A stretch of 64,000 nucleotides of DNA from Monocercomonoides exilis PA203 (taxonomy: Eukaryota; Protista; Preaxostyla), in contig LSRY02000064.1 in the NCBI GenBank assembly GCA_001643675.2, forward strand, positions 62,001 to 126,000. Direction: 5' to 3'. Positions 47,801-59,054 of this stretch are shown here, piece after piece. Under the pieces are notes generated by a model, which worked only from the letters and a program-made list of their open reading frames with translations, was not told the origin of the DNA and searched no databases. Position numbers and translations under genes: made by a program. The number at the start of each line of letters is the position of its first letter. Position 1 is the stretch's first letter.

Positions 47801-50800
47801 TCTTCTTCTTCTCCTTTTCATTTACATCCATCTAATGCTGCCTCCTTTTCCTCAGAGCCATCCTTCCTCACCTCTTCAACAGACACTAAACTTTCTCGTC
47901 TTTCCTTCAAAGTCACTCCACACACACACACTCAATACTCAACTATTGTCCTCTTCTCTGTTGCTGATCTGGATATCTTTGATTGTTCTCTTGCTCCTTT
48001 AGAAGATGAAGAAGATAAATATTATAATTATTATTCTTCTTCTCATACTTTTTCTTCTTCAGATCCTTCTTCAGATCCTTCTTCTTCTTCTTCTTTGCTT
48101 ACCCCCCTCTCTTTCTGTACAATTTCTTCAGGAACTGTTACTCTTAATTCTATTTCTGTATCTAATCTCCAGTTCGATCCTTATTTAAGCCCATCGAAAC
48201 ATGCATTCTCGTCCTTCCAAGCGCCTTCTTCTCTGTTTGCCATTGATCTCAGCCAAGTTGCATCAGTGTCTGTGATATCGATGAATGTGGCGAATTCTTC
48301 ACTCTCACACTGCTCATTGTTCTCATTCTGCAATTTTGAGAGTGTTGGAACAAACAGAAATGGAGGAGAAGATGAAGAAAACAGAGAAAATGATGGAGAA
48401 GAGGAAAAGTTGAGTGATGATAACGATATTCAATCAGTTAATTCATGTGCAACAGAAAAAACAGAAGAAATAGAGTCATCTTCAAAAGCTTCTTCTTCTT
48501 CTTCTTCTTCTTCTTCTTCTTCTTCTTCTTCTTCTTCTTCTTCTTCTTCTTCTTCTTCTTCTTCTTCTTCTTCTTCTTCTTCTTCTTCTTCTTCTTCTTC
48601 TTCTTCTTCTTCTTCTTCTTCTTCTTCTCATTCTTTCTCTTCCTTCACTAAATCTATCACATTTGTGCTGTCTAACTTCACCAACGTTGTTCTCCAGTGC
48701 AAAAGCAATGAGCAATCAATGCCAGCCATCATGTGCTTTGACAGTGGATGTTCCTCATTCAGCCAAAAAAATGAATACAGTTCAAAGGATGCACGAACAA
48801 GAACACGCAATTTCAAAGGAAATAATCAGTTGTCTTCTTCTTCTTCTTCTTCGTCATCGTCTTCCTCTTCCTCTTCTTCTTCCTTCTCTTCTTCTTCCTC
48901 AAACGTCTTCTTCACATTCTCCGAGTCTCTATTCGAAGGCTGCCAGACTCTGATTGTAGATTCAGTTACTAACTCTTCGTCTCTATCAGCTGTTGGCTCA
49001 CACTGCCTTCTCTTCAATAGATGTGAATGCTCATTGGCCAATTGCTCATTCATCGGCAGCACTTCTGAACTGAACAGCATAAACACTGCAGAAATCACTC
49101 AAAACACAGAAATAACGCAAACAACACAAAGTATTGGAAGGAATACTGCTTTCTCTCTTTCTCACTCTGATTTCTGCTCTCCTTCCATTCATTCATTGCA
49201 AAACGACTTTTCTCCTTCTCTTTTCACCTGGTCTTCTTCCTCAATCACCTTCATCGACACCACCGCCTCCCTCACAAACACCTCCTTCACCCGATTTCTG
49301 TCTTATGGTGCAATCACATCCACTGAGGGATCTGAGCTTGAACTGACACTAGTCTCATTTATGGATAATTCTCCGAACTTGCAGGAGTTTCCCTCATTTC
49401 GGAGAAATATTTATTGCAGTGGAAGCAGCAAAGTGGCTATACATTCTATTGGAGAAGGGGATGGGAAGGAGAACAATGAGTCTATTTGGCTGTTGAATGA
49501 TGGATGTGAAGTGACGGGGGAGAGGAAAGAGGCTGGAGAAACTCTGTTTATTCCGCAGCTCAGTCGAATCCGGATAAATAAAGTGACAAAGGAGGAAGTG
49601 GCGGGAGAGAATGAAGAGAAAGGGAAAGAAGGAGAAGGAGAAGGAGGAGAAGGAGAAGGAGGTGGAGGAGGAAGTGATGCGGATGATGAGATGATTCAGA
49701 TCACTTTCTTTGGCAGTTCTCTTCTGCCCATCGACATCGGATATGAAATACACTGCCTCAAAACAGGCAAGCAAACAACACACACAAAATTGAATTTTCT
49801 GCAGAAAGTGAAAAATTTCATTTTGAGTGCTGTAATTGTGAAAGATCGTTATGACTCTTATAAATCAATGAAAGATATTGCATTGAATTCAATGAATACG
49901 CCATCATCATCATCATCATCATCATCTTCTTCTTCTTCTTTTCTTTCTCCTTCTTCTCCTTCTTCTGCATTTCCTCCTTTATCTGACTCATCCAATACAT
50001 CTGTTGTTTCGAATGATTCGCTCATCCTTCCATTCACCACACACACAAACGACACAGTTGCCATTGGGCTTGTCAAATCTTCTGCTCTTGCGACTTTATC
50101 TTGCTCTTCTTCATCTGCATCATCATCATCATCATCATCATCTTCTTCTTCTTCTTCTTCTTCTTCCCTTTCTTCATCCTCTTCTTCTTCTATTTCAATC
50201 AACAATTTCTCTTTCCAATCTCCTCATCCATCATGTGCTACACACACATCCTCTTCTTTTTCCTCTTCTTCGTCCTCTCCTTCTTCATACTCCTCCAACG
50301 TATTAGAATATGAAGTCTGCATTGTCTATGGCAAATCCATCTTCGACTCCTCCTCTTCCTCTTCTTCTTCCTCCCAGTTGATCAAGAAAACAAGATGTCT
50401 TCGATTAGAGAACGATGATATTGTTCATCCAAACAGCGATGCGGAGAAGACAAGGAATATCGTCATCATCATCGCCTCTGCGGCAGCTGGCGTGGCATTA
50501 GCAGCGTCTGTAGTGTGTGTGGTGGGGACAGCTGAGATCAAAAGGAGGAAGAGGAAGGAGATGGAGAGGCAGGGAAGATACAGCGCAGGCAGTGTGTTAG
50601 AGAACGAGATAGAAGAGGCGAAGAAGAAGAAGAAGAAGAAGCAAAAGAATCAGAAGAAGAGGGATTGGCTGTTACGGGGGCAGTATAATGTGCAAGAGCT
50701 GACAGATATGGATGGAGAAGGCGAAGGCGAGGAAGAAGGCGAAGGAGAGAGAGAGAGAGAGAGAGACAGAGAAAGAGATGATTATTCAGAAGTGAGTGAT

Positions 50801-53332
50801 CCATTGGAGGACGAGGTGGAGCCGATATTTGACCCTTCACTCCTCAAAATGACATCCACCCCGCCACCTCTGCACACGTCTTCGATGTCGATGACGCTGC
50901 CTTCGACTTCTTCGTTTGACTTTTCGTCGTTTTCGGTGTCTTTTGGAGAGAGCGAGAATTCAGAGGAGGATTTGGGGATTGGAGTGAAAGTGAATGAGAA
51001 TGTGGCACAGACAATGATGAAGACACAGACACAGGCACAGGCACGTACTGGTGAGCAGAAGATGAAGAAGTCAGGGAAGGAAATAGAGAGAGAGAAAGAG
51101 AAGGAAAGGGAGAAAGAGAGAGGAAGAGAAGGGGGGTATCCTTTGATGACGCCTGTTTTTGATGAGAATTCGATTGCGTCTGAGCAATACTCACTCAGCA
51201 ATTCTTCATTCTTCGATGAAGAGAACAAAGAAGGGAGAAATAAAGGCGAAAGAGAAGAAGAAGAAGAAGAAGAGGGAGAGGAAGAAAGAGAAAGAGAAGA
51301 AGGAGGAAAAAGAAACAAGAGGAGGAAGAAGAAATCAACAAGAAAGACAAAGAAAAGACAGCTTGTGTTGAGGCAAGCTGGGGTTATCGCTTCTTCTTCT
51401 TCTTCTTCTTCTTCTTCCAAACGGAATTCAAACAACAACTCTTACAATGCCTCTTCTCCTTTTCTTTCCCCTCGCTCTCATTCAACCTCCCTCACTCACC
51501 CAAGCTTATCTCCTCATTCTTCTGCTTGCTTTTCTTCTTCCTCCTCCTCTGCCTCTTCTTCTGCCTCTTCTTCTTCCTTTGCCTCCACCACCTATTCTTC
51601 TTTCTCCTTCTCCTTCTCTTCTCTTCATCCTCCTTCTCATCTGCAAAGACAAAGACATCATCATCACCACAATGCATCTGAATCTCATCTGCCAACAGGT
51701 TTTGCATCGCTTGCAAAGGGAACGAAGAATTATTCGCATCTGATTGAAGTGAGTGGGCAGATGAGTGATTATCTGGGGAGCGTGGGAGAGAAGGAGGAGG
51801 AAGAGGAAGAGGAAGGAGGGGAAGGAGGAGGGGAAGGAGAAAGGGAAGGAGAAAGGGAAGAGGGAAAAGAGGAAATTAAAGGAATTATTAGAATGAAAGA
51901 TGAGGAGATGATGACAGATGAAAGAGGAGATGTGTTAAAAGAGGAGAATGAAAAGGGGAAAGAAGAAGAAATTGAGAAAGCCACAGAAAATGAAGAAAAG
52001 GAAGCAAAAGATAGAATTCACAAGGGACATATCAACAAAACAGAAGCAATTGACGATGATGACAACAATAAGAATAATGTTGTTGTTGATGATAGCAAAA
52101 AAGATGAAGCAATTTGTGTTGAAGAAGAAGAGGAAGAAGAAGAAGAAGACGATTTTGGATATCCAATTGAAGTAGAAGATGACAACGACGAAGAAGATTA
52201 CAACAATGAAGAAGAAGAAGATGATGAAATAGACGATGAAGAAGACGATGATGATGAAGATTCATCGCATTTCCTGTCAACATCATCATCAGCGTGTGTG
52301 TCTTCATTGTGTGCTAACAACAAGCATGATTATGCGCTTCGCCTGCCTCCACAGTCGAAGATGGACAAAATAATGGCGCTGAAGAGGAGGATGTGGGGGG
52401 TGAGTGAGAAGGAGATGGAGGAAGAAGTCAATTTGGAGAAGAAGGAGATGGAAGCTGAGAAGATGAAGGTGCTTTTTGGGTTGAATCTCAGTTCATCTGC
52501 TACATCTTCTCCTTATTCTGTGTGTTTTGTATCACATCTGCGATGCAACGGAACCCCTTCTTCTCCAATTCCTTTGTCTTCCTCCTCCTCTTCCTCTTCT
52601 TCTTCCCTTTCTTCTTCTTCTTCCCTTTCTTCTTCTTCCTCTCAGCTTCTTCCTCGTCGCTTTCTAAGTGACAATCAATCCGTTTTTTCTCTGTCTGCCC
52701 AGTCTGTTTTCTCTTCTCAATCAACATACACAGTTTGTTCAGTCTCTTCTTCCATTCTCTCTGATCTGAAGAGCATTGTCTCTATCACCGGCTCTGTTTC
52801 CCCTTTGAACAATGAAGAGAATGGGAAAGAAGGGAAAGGGAAAGAGCAGAGAGAAGAAGAAATGGAAAGCAGGTTGTCTTGTTTGTCCTATTCTCGTTCT
52901 GTCTCTTCTGCTCATTGCAACAAGAATCACAAAAGAAATCAACATCTTCAAACAAAACAGAACAAAAAAGGAAAAGAAAATATTCCTTCTTCTTTCTCAA
53001 CAGCAATAACAAGAATGCAAAATGAGAGCAAAAAAAGCACAATAAATAAGACAACCAATGCTGATGCGTCTGCCACATCCAAAGAAATAACCCCCAACAC
53101 GAATGAAACACACAGAAAACGCTTTCTTCCTTCGTCTTCTCCTTTCTTCTCGTCGACTGTCCAAATGTCTTCTTTCTCTCCTTCTCTCATTGGCGCTGTG
53201 CATTTTCAGTCTCTTCATCCTTTCAAAGACATCAGCACTGGCTTTTCTTCGTGTTCTCACACTCCTGTCTCTTCTCCTTCTCTTCCTTCTGTTCATCAGC
53301 CCCCTCCTTCTTTCTCTTCTTCACCTTCTTCT

Positions 53333-53364
<32 letters not shown>

Positions 53365-53932
53365 TTCCTCTTCCTCTTCTTCCATTTCATCCTCTGCTAA
53401 CACTTCTCCAATGGCAATAAGTCTTCATTCACCACGTCTATCTTCAATACTCAGTTTCACCCCTCTTCCACCTTCTACTTCTTCATCTGCATCTTCCTCC
53501 TCCTCATCTTCCTCTTCTTCTTCTTCCTCATCATCACCAATGACAACCACAACTTCCTCCTCCTCCTCCTCCTCCTCTTCTTCTTCTTCCTCAACATCAC
53601 CTCCATTCACCCCTCCCTCTCACTCCATCGCACGCAACCCTTCCTCCTTTTCTCGCACCCATTTCCCTCCCTTCTCCACTCCTCCTCCTCTTATCTCTTC
53701 TCCTCTTGTTCCGCTTCCCCCTCAAACAACAGCTCATTCTTCATCTGCTGACACTTCTTCCTCTGCAAACAGTGAAATCCCTGCTTCTTTTGTGCAATCA
53801 CCTTCTTTGCCATCAAAATCTAATGTTATTTCATCTTTGCCTTCTTCTTCTTCTTCTTCTCCTTCTCTTTATCCTTCTTCTCCTTCCTTTCCTTCATCAT
53901 TTCCTTCCTCTTTCTCTTCTTCTCTTCCTTCT

Positions 53933-53964
<32 letters not shown>

Positions 53965-55918
53965 CTCTTCTTCCTCTTCTTCCTCTCCTTCTTCTTCTTT
54001 CCCTCATTCAACAAAGGCAATTGGCAGAACACAAACAGGACAGCTTTCTCATCTGAGTCAAAATCGCCCTTCAACAGCCAGAAGCAACTTGGAGATTGTT
54101 CATAATTATTCAGATAGCTTTGATGAAGAGGACGAAGATGAAGAAGGTGATGATGAAGATGATGAAGATGATAATGATGTTATTGATGAAGAAGAAGATG
54201 ATGGCAGAACGAAAGAAGATGGTACTGAATGTGAAGAAGATGAAGATGAATTCCAAGCGAAGAAAGGAAGAAGTCGATATCAAAACCTGAAAAAACAAAA
54301 GAAGAAGGAAGCTTCATCATCATTTCCATTTTCCTCTTCCTCTTCTGCTTCTTCCTCTGCTTCAACTTCAACCTCTTCTTCTTCCTCTTATAACCCCCAA
54401 AACTATCCTTTGCCTCCTCCAGTAGCAACCTCTGCCTCTCTTCTGCGTGCCCTCCATCGCATCTATCGCATTACAAAAGGCGAATCTGCCCCGTTTTTTT
54501 TGGCTGAGCCAGCAGTCTGTGTGACAATGGAGATGCCGAGGAGAGAGGTGGAAGAGGTGGTGATGAAGGAGAGGGAGGAGAGAGAGAAGGAGAAGGAGAG
54601 GGAGAAGATAAAGGAAGAAGAAAATAAAGAAGGAGAAGGAGATGAAGGAGATGAAGGAGATGAAGGAGAAAGAGAAAACAGAAAAGAAGCGGAAGAAAAA
54701 GAAAGAGAAGAGAAATATCGCAAAATCAGGCATCAGATATTTCTGTATCATCGGCAGCGCTGGCAGGAAGCGAAGGAGAAAGAGTGTTTAGCGAGGGAAG
54801 AAGAGCTGAAGGAGAAGAACGACAAGTATTCGAGATTTCAGAGGTGGCTCAAGAATCAGAGGAGGAAGAAGCCAAAAGAAGTGGATATGTCGCATCCAGT
54901 GCATTTGTATCCGAAGGGGACGAAAAAGAGGAAAGATGAGAGAGGAAGAGAAAGAACGAAGGAGAAGGCAGCGATCGGCTGCGAGGGAGAAAAAGAGAAA
55001 GAAAGAGAGAAGGAGAAAGAAGAATGGGAAGAAGAAGCGAAATTGGCAAAGGAAAGAGATTATTTGCTGTCGCAGTGGCTTTGCTGGCCTGTTTTGTGCT
55101 ATTCATTCACATTTGTGTCGACGCTGCCTTCGTTCTACTTTCCTTACTCACTTGCAGAACAAACACCAAACAGCCAGAAGAAAAGCAGACATCAGATGAA
55201 ATGGAGGAATTATAGTGCTTCTTCTTCTTCTTCCTCTTCATCATCTTCCTCAGCATCATCATCATCTTCTTCATCAGGTTATCACAGTCACACAAATACT
55301 AAATTCCACTGGCCATTGATTGGACTATCAGCTGAGCCATTGTCTATTCCCTCAAAATCTCTTACTGGCCCAACTGCTCATTCACCAAGCATTGCAAAAG
55401 TTGCCAACAATGAAAAAGAGAACTATCTCTCAAAAGTGAAAGAAAACACACATTTGACAGAAGATGAGAAAGAAAAGCGTTTGAAACAGACAAAAGCTGA
55501 TGAGACACACGAGGATCCATCAACATCACCCACATCTGCAACACATCCTTCTCCTCCTTCTCCTCCACCTCCTTCGCTTTCTCAGACACCTGAGCTGCTC
55601 CCAGTATCGTCTCCAACTGCTCTGCCTTCTTTGCCATCTCCTCCCTTTTCTCCTCTTCCTTCTCTGCCTTCCTCACCTTCTTCACCTTCTTCACCTTCAC
55701 GCTACCCACCCTTGTCATACACCCCACCACTTCAGCACACACACTCACATACACACTCACTCATCTTCTCAATGGAAGTGGCACCTCGCAATGCTACTTC
55801 CTGCCAAGTATCAACGTCATCATCAACGTCATCATCATCAATTTCATCATCATCATCTTCTTCTTCTTCTTCCTTGTCTAACTTAGCAGATTCTACATTA
55901 TCGGATCATCCAACTTGA
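44834..55918 (+). CDS. Giant (about 3694 aa) intronless type I membrane protein, Ser/Glu-repeat-expanded paralogue of the 30.3-35.9 kb protein
   Basis: 11-kb open frame; N-terminal hydrophobic signal; GSDENSC..C, GGAL..FSQNTA..GKNVF, CGRQYDPC; TM IVIIIASAAAGVALAASVVCVVG followed by KRRKRK. Confidence 0.8.
48491..48628 (+). repeat. Perfect (TCT)46 microsatellite encoding poly-Ser
   Basis: 138 uninterrupted nt of TCT. Confidence 0.95.
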
Positions 55919-57774
55919 AATAATTCTATAAAATAAGCAATGCTTCAATTATTATTAACTTTAATGCGTTGATAGGAATATGCTTGGCATGTTTTTTTAC
56001 AATCAGTTTTTAAAAGCACGGTTTAATTTCGATGTTGTTACAGTCGATAACTGCTGCTTTTTTCAACATCAACATTGGTTATTTATTTTTGTGTTGATAA
56101 TCAGTAACATTTAACTTTTTTTGATTTTTGTATTTGGGTATGCTTAAGTATGAGCATGTTACTTGATTTATTCTTGTTTCTTTATCACATTATGATTATT
56201 AATAAATTGTATGTTAGATTCTTTCGATTGCTATTCTGCTCTTCATCATCTTTTATTATTATTATTATTAAATTTACATTGAGTTCCGGATAAATGCGAC
56301 ATCTTTCCTTTTGATGATTCATCTTCGTGTTGATAAATTAAAACTATTAGAATCTTCTATTTTTTTGCTTGCATATTGTGATAATATTCATTAAACTGTT
56401 TCTGATATTGTACTGTTTTCTTCTTTGATATACATTGTAATTAACGAGATGTATCTTGAGGATTGTTGATTTGACAGTCAATTTTTTTGTTTAGTATTAA
56501 ATGTTATCGATAAAATATTGTCTTTTATTATTATTATTATTATTTTTCTCTGCAAATTTCTTGTTTCTTTTTTAATTGAAAGCTAAATTATTTCTTTTTT
56601 TATAATGTGTTTGATTTAATTAATTTTATTAATTTTATTGAATAAATATTTACAGTGCATTGGCACTTGTTTATGTTATGTGTTGAAAGATGTTACATTT
56701 TAACGAGCAATTTTTTATTTCAATGGTTATTTAATTATTATTTACTTGTATTGACAACTTATCAACCAAGCTATATTAGTATTGAATGTAATTTGTTTCG
56801 ATAATTTCATTTCTTCATTTTTCAGTTAATTAAAATAAAATTATTCAAAGTGAGGCTTTAATCCGAAATGTATTTTTTCTATTCAAACGGTGAAAAATGA
56901 CTACAATAAAGCTGTTTTCTTTTCATTCATCAACAAGAACTTTCTGATAAATAATAACAACATTCAATAACTGAATGATAACATCTTTCTTCTATATCGA
57001 GAAATGATGTTCATGTTGCTCATTCAAGAAAAAAAATTCTTTTCTGGGTTTTTGTGAATAACAAGTGAATTTCAGGAAGAAAACATGTTTGAAAAAAGTA
57101 ACTATCCAACGTGAAATCTTATTTGTTTCAAAACCTTGAGTAAATAAATATTTTGTGAAACAAAAAATAGACACAAATAATTTGGACTCTTTCTAAAAAT
57201 GTATTTCTTAAAATTAAATTGTCAACTTTTTTAAAGATGAATAAAAGAAAAATAAAATTCCAAACAAAGCTTGATATTTGACCAGATCGGCATATGCTTC
57301 ATGAATACGATTTTATACATTAAAATAAACAATTACCAAACTGAAAAACTTTGCATTTTCAAATGAAAAAAATGAAAACATGAAAAAAATGATACTCAAG
57401 TGTAATTAAACTTCTCTAAAAATAAAAATATTTAAAAATAAATTAAAAATGAAAAAAAATAAATTGCTCACACTCGAAAAAAATTGATTTGATGAGATAT
57501 ATTACAATAATCAAAAGAAAAAAAGCAGTTAAGTCCTTTTCTTTTGACAAAATTTTGAAAAAAATTACAAGAATAAAGGTGAAAGGTGAAAAATATCAGA
57601 AAAATATTCTTTGAAAACATTAATCAAACAAAAAAATTCAACAGAAATTTGAAAGAATCAATAACACTCAAATAATATAACATTAGTCATAATAAAAAAA
57701 AATTTCTGGTATTTTTTTTAAAAAAATTTTTTTTTCGTTATTTCTCATTTCCCCATAAGTTTTGAAAAAATGAC

Positions 57775-58743
57775 TCAAAAAAGAAAACAAAATTTTGGAG
57801 GCTTTGGTGGAGGATCCCGCTCCTTTCTTATTTCTCTGACAAGCGTATGGAACGCTTCTGTAACATTCACTCGCTCCTTTGCTGATGTTTCAAGAACTTG
57901 ACAACCAAATGACTTTGACTATTTAATTTTCGTTGAAATGACAAGCAATTCATAATGGCAATTTAAAATCATTCACCTTATATCTTATTATTATTTAAAC
58001 ATAAAAGCAAACCATATCTTTCCCCTCTTGAGAAGAAACTTGATGATATTGTGATGGCAAGTCTTGTTTATTCGCGCAAATAACGATTGGAACTTTTTCT
58101 TTTTCTTTAACCGACAAAATGCGATCACGTATTTTTCGAACTTCGTCAAATGAAGGTCTAGAATCTATTGCGTAAACCAAGATAAATCCATCGCCATTTA
58201 ATATGTACTTATTACGAATAAGCCAACACATCAAAAGAATTTTTAAAGTCAGTTATTAAATAAACAAAATTTTTATTTCCAACAAACATTATCCTGAAGT
58301 CCTGTAAATTCTTCTTGTCCAGCCGTGTCAAGAATATCAAGATAAACTGTTTTATCATCAACTGTCGTTTGCATCCGATATTGATCCTCTTAAATATTAC
58401 AATTGTTAAAATGTTTTATCGTAAAACGATTCAATTCAATAAATTTCACACCAACTGTTGGATCATATTCAGGAATAAATTTTTTCTAATAATTATATTT
58501 TTTTTAGCAAATTGTTATATAAAAACCCGAAAATTATACATAACCAAAGAAAAAGAGAAGAACAACGCAAACCATAACAAATTGTATCGCAATGTTTGAT
58601 TTTCCAACGCCTCCACCACCTAAAATAACCTAAAAGAAACATTTCAAAGAAAATACCATGATAGCACAAATATCGCAAGCAGCCCCTCATGCAAATTCTA
58701 TAAGAGGAGGGAAAATACAAACAATTTTCATATCCATTGTCAT
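57775..58743 (-). CDS. Ras-subfamily small GTPase (6 exons)
   Basis: MTMDMKI/VILGGGGVGKS..FIPEYDPTV/EDQY..LDILDTAGQEEF..ANKQDL..LETSAK..; C-terminal CaaX CFLF. Confidence 0.95.
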
Positions 58744-59054
58744 TGCAAATATTCTTGTTTATAATTTTTGTTTATTTTGATCTTACCATAAAAAATTTCG
58801 AGTTTGTGATTTGAGGTTTTTGCAATTTTCGCGTACTTGATGATCTTTGTGTTTTAATGAACAAAGAAATGAAAAACTGATGAACAGTAGCTTTTATTTT
58901 ATAGAAAAGAAGCTTTTATTCAACTACTATATAAAAAAAAGATTTAACAAGAACAACTGAATTTATTTCTTTTTTAGAATTATGGATAAAAATTGCAATA
59001 AAAACTGAAGAATAATTGAGAAAAATAAATGATCTAATGTAAGCTTCTTTAATA

